From: Candidatus Eiseniibacteriota bacterium
Lineage (GTDB): Bacteria; Eisenbacteria; RBG-16-71-46; JABDJR01
NCBI GenBank assembly: GCA_963762255.1
Contig: CAVXKA010000001.1
Location: 1,376,001-1,440,000, forward strand
DNA length: 64,000 nt
Direction: 5' to 3'
Below the pieces are notes generated by a model. It saw nothing but the letters and a program-made list of their open reading frames with translations. It did not search any database and was not told where the DNA came from. Made by a program: the position numbers and the translations under genes. Below, in pieces: positions 32,100-40,135 of the stretch; position 1 is the stretch's first letter; the number at the start of each line of letters is the position of its first letter.

Positions 32100-32129
32100 A
32101 AATTACTCGGGTTGCGGGGGGTGAGTCAA
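32100..32129 (-). promoter_or_regulatory. Possible sigma70 promoter for the membrane protein-helicase-methylase genes
   Basis: Minus strand TTGACT-N18-TAATTT, just downstream of a GCGAAGCG..CGCTTCGC hairpin that follows the recombinase stop. Confidence 0.35.
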
Positions 32130-32172
32130 GCGAAGCGGGCGCTTCGCCCCGTGGGCCGGTTAGGCGCGCTGG

Positions 32173-32757
32173 TCAGCAGACGAGATCCCGCACCCTGCCA
32201 AACAGCTCCTCATCGTCGACGTTGGTGTAGATGGTGGTTGTGAGCGGCGACGCGTGCCTCGCGAACCGTTGGGCGAGGAAGAGGTCGTGGGACATCCGGT
32301 AGACAGAAGTTATTGCGGCGTGTCGAAGTGCATGGAACCCGTAGAAGCGGTCGAACCCCGCGCGCTCCTGCCAGGTCTTGAAGGTCATCTGGACGCGGCG
32401 TTTGGAGATGCGGTGGCCGGACTGATTGCAGAAGAGGGGCGACGAAGGCGTCAACGACTCACCCGACCTCACCTTGTACCCCCAGGACCTCACGAGCTTC
32501 GGCCCCAGGGCGTCCGGCAGGAACACGTCGCCGGCGCGGCCGCCCTTGGCGATCTCTTTGCGCAGTCGAATCCGTGAGCGCGGCCGACCGTCCGACGTGA
32601 ACACATCGCCCACGTTCAGGCCGACGATCTCCGACAAGCGAAGTCCGGTTCCCAGCGCCAGCGAAAAGATCAGGTGGTCGCGGGGATGCGAGGCCGAAAC
32701 CGCAAGCAGGGATTGCTGTTCAGAGCGGGTCAGGGTCGCGGGACTCAGGTAGGGCAT
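32173..32757 (-). CDS. Minimal tyrosine recombinase (catalytic domain only)
   Basis: 194 aa; TGLRLSE (R), AKGG (K), HALRH (H-x-x-R), ARH and TTTIY (H, Y); no N-terminal core-binding domain. Confidence 0.9.
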   Translation of the reverse strand: MPYLSPATLTRSEQQSLLAVSASHPRDHLIFSLALGTGLRLSEIVGLNVGDVFTSDGRPRSRIRLRKEIAKGGRAGDVFLPDALGPKLVRSWGYKVRSGESLTPSSPLFCNQSGHRISKRRVQMTFKTWQERAGFDRFYGFHALRHAAITSVYRMSHDLFLAQRFARHASPLTTTIYTNVDDEELFGRVRDLVC

Positions 32758-32773
32758 CGGTTACCTCCGAGGA

Positions 32774-32814
32774 CATTGGGCAGCCGAGACGCGACGGGGT
32801 CAAGGGGAACCGGG
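32774..32814. repeat. 41-bp repeat, copy A (upstream region of the recombinase)
   Basis: 37/41 identical to 35373-35413 by manual alignment. Confidence 0.85.
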
Positions 32815-32925
32815 GGGTTGATGACTCCATCCCGCACTTGATTCACACCAAGCGCCGGAGTAGCTTGAACCTCTCGGCACGCTTCAAGTCTGCTGTTCAC
32901 GGGTGAGAGACCGCGTTCCTCAACG

Positions 32926-34215
32926 ATGGAGACTGCCATGTCCCGCAGGCTGATTCCTTCTGCCGCCGGAAGTACTTTCTTGCGTCTGCCCCAGTGCTTC
33001 ACGCTGGCCGCGCTAATAGTCTTGCCGCTTGGTTGCGGCGGCGACGAACCCAGCAAGCCGGTTGTGGTCGCCGTGGACCCGGCTACGGCATCCGTGAGAG
33101 TGGGCCGTCCGCAACAGTTCACGGCCACCGTAACGGGTGCTGAAAACGCGGCAGTGGTGTGGTCCTTGGATGTGGATACCATGGGCGGGACGATCAGCGC
33201 ATCGGGCGTGTACCTCGCGCCTATCGGCGTACCAAGCCCGGCGACGACGACGGTACGAGCTACAAGTCAGGCAGACCCCACAAAGAGCGGGACGGCAACG
33301 GTGACCGTTGTTCGTGCCGGACCCGAGCCCTCCGAGTTCGTACATGTTCGCGCGGGCCGGTTCACGATGGGTGATGGCAGCCCCAGTTCCGGCTGCGGGA
33401 TCGAGACGCAGGACGTTACCCTAACGCACGACTTCTACATCGGCCCCACCGAGGTGACGAATCAGCAGTACTTGGAGATGGTCCAGTGGGCCTACGACCA
33501 GGGGTACGTGGCTGCCGGGGGGGGCGTAGTATATGACCGACTGGATTGGAGAACGGCGAAAGAAGCCCCACTCTTGTACATGGCGGCCGTGGGGTCGGAG
33601 ATCACCTTCTCCGATGGAGTGTTCTCGCTTCGGGACGCTGGTCACGGGATCAACCCGGATCACCCGGTGAAGGAAGTGACCTGGTATGGGGCGGTGGCGT
33701 ACTGCGACTGGTTGAGTCTCGAGGAGGGTCTGTGGCGCGCCTACGATCACACCACCTGGATTTGTAATAGCGGTGATCCCTATTCGGCGAGGGGTTTCCG
33801 GTTGCCGACGGAGGCGGAGTGGGAGTACGTGGCGCAGTACGACGACGAGCGGATCTACCCATGGGGGAATGAATCGCCGAGCTGCGATCGGGCGAACTAC
33901 TCCAGCTGCAACACCGGCTGGACTGCGCCGGTGGGCACGCAGGCCGCCGGGCCCGAGAAGGTGATCGGAGGCAAGGGGCTGTACGACATGGCGGGGAACG
34001 TGTGGGAGTGGTGTAACGACTGGCACGATTGCTTAGGCACGGCGCCGATGGAGAACCCGCCAGGGCCTTCAGCGGGGACCTTTCACGTCTTTCGCGGAGG
34101 GTCGTGGGGCAGCGATGTCCAGTACCTCCCGCGCGCGTACCGGTACCAATTCGGCAACCCACGCTTCAGGAATGCCAACACCGGGTTTCGTGTCGCCAGA
34201 ACCGTGAATCCCTGA
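32926..34215 (+). CDS. Lipoprotein with Ig-like and FGE-sulfatase (SUMF1/CLec-fold) domains
   Basis: Lipobox PLGC; Ig-like QQFTATVTG...VVWS; FTMG, TEVTNQQY, RLPTEAEWEY, GLYDMAGNVWEW, RGGSW, GFRVAR. Confidence 0.88.
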   Translation: METAMSRRLIPSAAGSTFLRLPQCFTLAALIVLPLGCGGDEPSKPVVVAVDPATASVRVGRPQQFTATVTGAENAAVVWSLDVDTMGGTISASGVYLAPIGVPSPATTTVRATSQADPTKSGTATVTVVRAGPEPSEFVHVRAGRFTMGDGSPSSGCGIETQDVTLTHDFYIGPTEVTNQQYLEMVQWAYDQGYVAAGGGVVYDRLDWRTAKEAPLLYMAAVGSEITFSDGVFSLRDAGHGINPDHPVKEVTWYGAVAYCDWLSLEEGLWRAYDHTTWICNSGDPYSARGFRLPTEAEWEYVAQYDDERIYPWGNESPSCDRANYSSCNTGWTAPVGTQAAGPEKVIGGKGLYDMAGNVWEWCNDWHDCLGTAPMENPPGPSAGTFHVFRGGSWGSDVQYLPRAYRYQFGNPRFRNANTGFRVARTVNP

Positions 34216-34216
34216 C

Positions 34217-34274
34217 TCGGCTCCAGCGCGTCTGGCAGGAACACGTCTTCGGCTCGGCCGCCCTTGGCGATCTC
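34217..34274 (-). pseudogene. Remnant of a second copy of the tyrosine recombinase gene
   Basis: 52/58 nt identical to 32499-32556; translates EIAKGGRAEDVFLPDALEP versus EIAKGGRAGDVFLPDALGP. Confidence 0.85.
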
Positions 34275-34351
34275 GCAGATCTGCGCCCGCCGACAGCCCG
34301 ACCCGTCCTCACGGTGGCGAGACCTGGGGGGGAGACCCGGAAAAGTCTTAC

Positions 34352-34564
34352 TTAGTCCCCCTCATCCTCTGCGTCGTGCTGCTCCGGAACACCCTTGACG
34401 AGTCTGCTGGGGGGGGCTTCCTGGATGATCCTCGGAACATCATCTGGGGAGGGCTTGACACCCTCCTCAACGTAGTTGATGAGATCAGGGTCCTGGGGCG
34501 GTATCACGATGAGCGGGGGCACTGGTCTTGGAGTTGAGGGCTTCTCGCCCTGGTCTTTGTTCAT
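34352..34564 (-). CDS. Small Pro/acidic-rich hypothetical peptide
   Basis: MNKDQGEKPSTPRPVPP..., 70 aa, overlapping the end of the upstream TM gene. Confidence 0.35.
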   Translation of the reverse strand: MNKDQGEKPSTPRPVPPLIVIPPQDPDLINYVEEGVKPSPDDVPRIIQEAPPSRLVKGVPEQHDAEDEGD

Positions 34565-35177
34565 GTATCTGGATTCTCCCGGAATCTGGATCACACCCAG
34601 TTCCGATGTCGGGTCGGCACGGCGATGGTACCAAGATGATTGGGCTTTCGTCGCATGGATGGGCACCGAACACGAGAGCAGTGAAGAAGAGGATGAAGAG
34701 GACCAGGGCGGCACCAAGGAGCCGTCCTGCCAGCCGCAGTGAGTCGAAGTCCTTCTTAAGGACGCTGGCGTTGTGAGTGTGTGCACAAAGAAGATTGCCG
34801 AGAAGCTGAAGTTCGACTTCTCGCTTTGGGCGGGCGATATACTTAGTTGCAAACCGCGTCGGCTCCGGATCATCGCGCAGGACCTTGGGAAACGCCGTGA
34901 ACAGCCCAAAGAACAGAACTGCCCCCAAAAGCAGGACTATCGAGATCCAGAGCCAGGGAGTAATAGCGTGAGCCCAGGAATCAAGACATTCCTTGTAAAG
35001 CACCGAGCGAGACTGAAGAGTGCCAGTGAACAAGAAGCTGGTCGCGGCAAGCAACAGACCGGACTTCGTACGGAGACTTGCCCGTTGATTGCCTTGGTTT
35101 GTGATGCGAGCCTGAGTCTCCCGAATGATGAGATCGAGGGTCTCAGGGTCACCTTGAAGATCTTCTTCGGTAGCCAT
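34485..35177 (-). CDS. 3-TM hypothetical membrane protein (Pycsar-TM/DUF5706-like topology)
   Basis: Helix-LRTKSGLLL-TM-TM-P-loop region-N..VLKK..L-TM pattern. Confidence 0.55.
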   Translation of the reverse strand: MATEEDLQGDPETLDLIIRETQARITNQGNQRASLRTKSGLLLAATSFLFTGTLQSRSVLYKECLDSWAHAITPWLWISIVLLLGAVLFFGLFTAFPKVLRDDPEPTRFATKYIARPKREVELQLLGNLLCAHTHNASVLKKDFDSLRLAGRLLGAALVLFILFFTALVFGAHPCDESPIILVPSPCRPDIGTGCDPDSGRIQIHEQRPGREALNSKTSAPAHRDTAPGP

Positions 35178-35372
35178 ATTGTGTGTACCAACGTACCACA
35201 GCGTCAGGAATTCCGGAATCCCTCGACGATTGCCTCTCTAGCCATGGCTCCGGAAGTATCGGTAGTGATTGCAGAAAGCTATCCGGCATCTAGGGGGGCG
35301 CCTGTTGGTACCCCACCGGGACTAGCGACGGACCGACCACGGGGCCCGTCGGTGGGACCAGACTTCTCGGCC

Positions 35373-35413
35373 CAATGGGGAGCCGAGACGGGACGAGGTC
35401 AAGGGGAACCGGG
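35373..35413. repeat. 41-bp repeat, copy B
   Basis: CAATGGGGAGCCGAGACGGGACGAGGTCAAGGGGAACCGGG versus copy A at 32774-32814. Confidence 0.85.
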
Positions 35414-35520
35414 CTGGGAGTAGACTCCCCGCAGAGGGTGGCTCTTATCAAGAAGGACGGGACTTGCGGTAGGAGGAAGAGTGCCCAGCGGAGTGTGCGT
35501 CTTCTGTGTGAGGTCGGACT

Positions 35521-36546
35521 TTGAAACTCGCGTGGAGAGGTTTGTTTACACGGAGTAGAGGCAGCAGCACGCTCATGGTTGGCGTGATGTTGGCGGCACT
35601 GGGTGCGTGTTCGAACGGCCCCGCGGAGCCGGAGCTGCCAACCTGGCAACAGGGAGACGGGCCGTTCGACATCTCGCCAGACAATCGATTCGTGCTGTAT
35701 CTGCATCGCGCATCCCGCGAAGGGCCGCAGGGTGTATATATGCTGGACAGGCAGTCGGCTGACCCGCCGAGGCTGTTGTGGGAGTTCGAGACGGGCTTCG
35801 ATACTCCCTATGATCCTCGCTTCTCGCCGGACGCGACCAAGCTGGTCATGACCCGCGACTTTACGCGGGACATCTATCTCTACGACATCGAGACGGGCGA
35901 GGAGCGCCAGCTCACCTTCACAAGCGGCAACGCCAAGTCACCCGACTGGCATCCGGGGGGCGAGCTAATCGTGTATGCTAGGTACATATGTGGTTCCTAT
36001 CAGCAACCAGATACGACGTGCGGTCCGTTCATTGTTAACGTTGCAACAGGTGAAGAGACACGAATTCGACACAAAGGAGCGATGGTTACCGGCGCCGATC
36101 CTCGTTGGTCTCCGGATGGGAGTATGCTGGCGATTGCCATGGGGGTCAGGTTGGAGCATGAGACTACAACTTCGAGGTGGCACATCTTCACGGTTACACC
36201 CGATGGGAGTGCATTGACCGATGTCACCCCAGGGGAGGACACGTTCAAGTCTGATCCAATGTGGCTCTCGGATACTGAGATTCTCTATAGATCGGAGAAA
36301 AGGACGGGCGTCGCCGATGTCGACTGGCGCGTGGTCGATACAAAGACTGGGGCCATAAGAGGTTGGGAGGTCGATCTTCCCGGCGTCTCGCGTCGTGAAG
36401 TCTCCCGAGATGGCAGATACGTTGTGTACAATGACGCAGATCCGTCCGGATCATACGGGGTGCTCTATATACAAGAGACCGATGACGAGATGGGGAGGAG
36501 GCGCCAGCAACTGACGTCCTTCACACCGCTTGAAGGTGATGAATAG
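35521..36546 (+). CDS. TolB-like (PD40) beta-propeller lipoprotein
   Basis: Lipobox LGAC; repeated PRFSPD, PDWHPGG, PRWSPDG, RQLT motifs. Confidence 0.85.
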   Translation: MKLAWRGLFTRSRGSSTLMVGVMLAALGACSNGPAEPELPTWQQGDGPFDISPDNRFVLYLHRASREGPQGVYMLDRQSADPPRLLWEFETGFDTPYDPRFSPDATKLVMTRDFTRDIYLYDIETGEERQLTFTSGNAKSPDWHPGGELIVYARYICGSYQQPDTTCGPFIVNVATGEETRIRHKGAMVTGADPRWSPDGSMLAIAMGVRLEHETTTSRWHIFTVTPDGSALTDVTPGEDTFKSDPMWLSDTEILYRSEKRTGVADVDWRVVDTKTGAIRGWEVDLPGVSRREVSRDGRYVVYNDADPSGSYGVLYIQETDDEMGRRRQQLTSFTPLEGDE

Positions 36547-37062
36547 GGAATCCAATCGAGGAGTTCAGACTCGGTCTGTACAGCGACGGTTTCCGCCTGA
36601 CGCTCGGCGCGTTCCGGGGATCTGGTGAGGCTCATCGAAGGGGGGGGGAGCCGCATGTTTCCTACCCATTCGAAAACCGCCCTTCGAGTGGGCACCATTG
36701 CCGCCTGGGGACAGTTTTTGCCGCAAGACCGATCCCCGAAACCCATTGATTTCAAACATATATAGCTCCACCCGGACTGGGGTGCAGCCTCACACCTCCC
36801 ACGGGTGACGATAGGTTCATGTCCAGTCGAGTCGAGTGGGCACGATCGTCGCCCCCCCGAAAGACGACAACAATGGTTGTCCTCCGCTCATCATCCGGCG
36901 GGGCCGCGCTGGCTGACTCGCACGGGGGGGCAAACCAGACTGGGCCGTCACCCCCGTGAAAGGTGCGATCCCCGAAATCATGGACGGGCTTATACTGCGC
37001 GGCAGGCCGCCTGATCGTCGGACGGTCCAGCGCCCCCTTCAAGGTAGCGAGTACCAGACTGA

Positions 37063-37797
37063 ATGATGAACAGTCAGCCCATCACTCGACTATGGCGTGA
37101 TTCGGTTCTTGACGCACTGGTACGGGTGAGTTCGTCGCATGGAACCGAGTTGATCACGCGTCACACGCTTATAGAGGAGGAATTGGCCCGGATCGTCGAG
37201 GAGACTCAGTCAATCGGTACAACACCCCGACAGACACTCAGCCTCGTTCTCCAGAAACTCCGCGATGAAGGTGTGCTGCAGTTTCTCGGTGGCGGAGTCT
37301 ACCGTCTAAGCAAACAACCGATTGACATGGAACTCGCCGAACTTACCGACCCAGAGATTGATGCAGCTATTCGAGCGCACTTGCTGCGATTCGGACGTGT
37401 CAAGACAGGCGACACCAAGGCGCTATCCCAGCAGCGGCGGGGTCAACACCGAGTTCGTGTTCTGACTCTTGAGAACTATAGGAGTCGCTGCGCCCTGTGT
37501 GATGTATGTGACGGTCGGCTCCTTGTAGCTAGCCACATCGTTCCGTGGGCTAACTCCATAGATGCGAGAGGCGATCTCACCAATGTCATCTGCCTGTGCC
37601 GCTTCCATGACCCGCTCTTCGAGAGAGGTTATTGGTCACTAAGGGATGACATGTCGGTGCTTTGTCGATCACCCCTCGTCAGCAAAACGTTGCAGATGCT
37701 GCTCTCGCCTGAACTCTCCTTTGTTTTTCCGGCCGGTCACTCGCCAGAGCGCCACTACCTCCAATTCCATCGTCAGAAGCATGGCTTCGAGGTGTAG
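37063..37797 (+). CDS. Winged-helix (DpnI-C-like)-HNH endonuclease, putative modification-dependent restriction enzyme
   Basis: LQKLRDEGVLQFLGGGVYRL winged-helix motif; YRSRCALC...ASHIVPW...NVICLCRFHDPLFERG (HNH_2). Confidence 0.75.
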   Translation: MMNSQPITRLWRDSVLDALVRVSSSHGTELITRHTLIEEELARIVEETQSIGTTPRQTLSLVLQKLRDEGVLQFLGGGVYRLSKQPIDMELAELTDPEIDAAIRAHLLRFGRVKTGDTKALSQQRRGQHRVRVLTLENYRSRCALCDVCDGRLLVASHIVPWANSIDARGDLTNVICLCRFHDPLFERGYWSLRDDMSVLCRSPLVSKTLQMLLSPELSFVFPAGHSPERHYLQFHRQKHGFEV

Positions 37798-37939
37798 ACG
37801 GCTTTGCTGACTGACAGTTGTATCATCTCGCCGCTTCGTTGCCATCGTCTCCTCCGGGTCTATAGGAGAGGAATCCGGCGTGACAGACTGCGTAGGGGTC
37901 GCGGACGACCTTAGACCGACTGCAAGTAAAGGAGTGGCA

Positions 37940-38737
37940 ATGAAGTTGATGCACTGGCTGGGCCACGAAGTCGAGGTTGCGCAGAGCGCCGGTGGAGTTT
38001 TCGCATTCGTGGATCCGTGGGATGGCGTCGTCCACGGTGGCGTCACCCCCTGGCCGCCTCCCGAGCTAACCCAGAAGCTCTATCAGAGTCGCCAGGCGAG
38101 GGCGTATCGAGGTCCGGATGGAGAAGCAGTTACTCGTGTTCTGGGCCATTATTCAGACCTGCAGTCGGTGCACTCGGAAGACGCGGTCACATGGAGTCTG
38201 TTCGGCCCTCTGGCTCACGCCTTACCAGAGGTCCGGCGGCAGTTCGCCGAGCAACTGCTGCAACTCCTGGGGCTTGAGGAGAGCGTTTCAGCCGCCACCG
38301 TGTGGCTCTGGAGGCGCCTGCCGCACCCGGACAACCTGGTCCCCGGTGGCCCAGAGATCGATGTGGGCATCCAAACGGACACTACCCTGGTTCTGGTCGA
38401 GGCAAAGTGGCGTTCGGCTGTCGGGGCCGGCCAAGGCGTCGCCCGTGACAAGGACCAGATCCAGATTCGTGCCGAGTTCTGCGGGAAGTACGGGTCGCAG
38501 ATCTACCCCGGAGTCACTCGCTTTGTCGTCTTGGCTGTCGGACAAAGTCTCGGGACGTTGAATCCTGCGCAGCTGGGGCATGCGGACGGATCTGTGTCCA
38601 TCCGCGAGATGACCTGGGGTACTCTCGGAGGGCTCGGTGCGAACCCGACCGCCGGTGAATTCCGAGATCAACTCAGATGGCGAGAAGAGCACTCCCAACT
38701 TGTCGGGAAGCGTGGAGTGCCTCGTAACCGCCTCTGA
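37940..38737 (+). CDS. Putative PD-(D/E)XK nuclease
   Basis: SEDAVTW and PEIDVGI...VLVEAKW...DQI motifs; RBS AAGGAG. Confidence 0.65.
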   Translation: MKLMHWLGHEVEVAQSAGGVFAFVDPWDGVVHGGVTPWPPPELTQKLYQSRQARAYRGPDGEAVTRVLGHYSDLQSVHSEDAVTWSLFGPLAHALPEVRRQFAEQLLQLLGLEESVSAATVWLWRRLPHPDNLVPGGPEIDVGIQTDTTLVLVEAKWRSAVGAGQGVARDKDQIQIRAEFCGKYGSQIYPGVTRFVVLAVGQSLGTLNPAQLGHADGSVSIREMTWGTLGGLGANPTAGEFRDQLRWREEHSQLVGKRGVPRNRL

Positions 38738-38828
38738 TGACGTGTCGGTCGTCGCGGGCGCGGCCGGGCGGCAGCACGGTAGGCGGCAATTGATCCGTTG
38801 CTTCCAGCGCGAGCCACAGGAGTAGAGG

Positions 38829-39302
38829 ATGCCCACAAGCGTCTCCATGGCCAAGAATGGAATCCGCCGGGCACTCATGGCGATTCTTGATGAGTATCCC
38901 GACGAGCGGGTCATCGGCGATCTCTGGGATCACTTTTACAGTCGGTGCGCGTATTGTGGAAGACAACTGTCCCCGAGTGTCCGAGGCAAAGGCCTGGACC
39001 ATCTTATCCCAGCAGCGCAAGGTGGCTCAAACCAAGCCGCCAACCTTGTTCTCGCCTGCACCGACTGCAATGACAACCGGCGAGACCTTCCATGGGCCGC
39101 CTTCTTGAAGTCGGTGAGCGAGCCCGCTCACGTCCCTGAGCGTTCGGGGCGGATTGAAGCCTGGGTAGCACGCCATGGGGGGAGCGCGCGCCAACGGAAC
39201 GACGACCTTCGTGCAATTGCACAGCCCTACATCGAGGCAGTGCTTCAGGCGTGTGACGACGCGAAGCTGGCACTTCGGAAGATCCGAGATGGCGGCGTCT
39301 GA
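38829..39302 (+). CDS. HNH endonuclease (McrA-like)
   Basis: CAYCG...LDHLIP..QGGSN...NLVLACTDCN. Confidence 0.85.
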   Translation: MPTSVSMAKNGIRRALMAILDEYPDERVIGDLWDHFYSRCAYCGRQLSPSVRGKGLDHLIPAAQGGSNQAANLVLACTDCNDNRRDLPWAAFLKSVSEPAHVPERSGRIEAWVARHGGSARQRNDDLRAIAQPYIEAVLQACDDAKLALRKIRDGGV

Positions 39303-39390
39303 CCCTTCGCTGGAATGGCCAACAGGGCTTTGCCCTGCTGCCGCTGAGTTCAGCATCCGCAAGGCACGGCTCTTCAGGAACTAGAGGAAG

Positions 39391-39879
39391 ATGGACATGA
39401 AACTTGCTGACCTGCTTTCAGTAGGCGCGCTGACCGGAGTAGTTGGGATGCTCACCGGCGTCTATGGAGCTATTCGTGCCCACCGCGCAGATCGGAAGGT
39501 GGAGAACTACCGGCGGGGCGATCGGCGTTTGGAACTGCGCAGGTTGCGGAATGACACGGAAGTCGCGGCCGAGAGCCTGATTGCCCTGCTGCCAAGGGCG
39601 TTGGAGAGCCGCCAGTCCGCTCTCCACAGACGCGGCATCCTAAAATCAAGCATCACAGAGGCTTTCGAAGCAGCGTACAAGAACGACCTGGCGGCCGCCA
39701 CGCGGCTGGCCCGCAGTGTCCCCCGCCGAGCTGAAACCTTTGACTCCCTTTCACCCAACGAACTAGATGAGAGGATTGTCGGCCTCGACCACACATGCTC
39801 TGAGATCGCCGCCTTGGCGAAGAAATACCGTGTGAGCATGGAGGAGGACGCCAGGTGGCGACCCGATGAAAGCAGATGA
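39391..39879 (+). CDS. Hypothetical protein with N-terminal TM and helical body
   Basis: ORF with RBS GAGGA and a hydrophobic N-terminus; no recognised family. Confidence 0.55.
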   Translation: MDMKLADLLSVGALTGVVGMLTGVYGAIRAHRADRKVENYRRGDRRLELRRLRNDTEVAAESLIALLPRALESRQSALHRRGILKSSITEAFEAAYKNDLAAATRLARSVPRRAETFDSLSPNELDERIVGLDHTCSEIAALAKKYRVSMEEDARWRPDESR

Positions 39880-40135
39880 AGGTAAACATGTGCTGAAGAG
39901 CTACCGAGTCTTCACTATGGCGGCAACCTCGCCGCCGAGCCTCCGCTTGATGACAAAGATACCCTTGGCCCGGTCTGTTGGTGGCGGAGACTCGGGGGGC
40001 GGTGTGCCGAGCCGGGTTCGGGTGTAGTATCCGCCAGCGATGGGTGACAGCGTTCGCGGGGACGGGTGAGCGGCGACATCGCAGATCACTCTGCGCACTT
40101 AGACAAATCGGTTCCCATGGGGAGTAGGCCGCGTC

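Noticed and set aside
32926-34215. DGR target gene (FGE/CLec fold with variable-looking C-terminus)
   Set aside because: No reverse transcriptase and no template-repeat copy of the 3' end seen in the window; a remote DGR cannot be excluded.
36547-37062. Small ORFs or ncRNA in the intergenic gap
   Set aside because: No convincing ORF or RNA family recognised; only the TTGATTTCAA motif is reported.
31290-39370. Integron with attC cassettes (attC-like fragments at ~31292-31315, ~32158-32165 and ~39297-39367)
   Set aside because: The fragments lack properly paired R''/R' boxes, and the recombinase is too short and lacks the IntI-specific insertion; at most these are decayed cassette scars.
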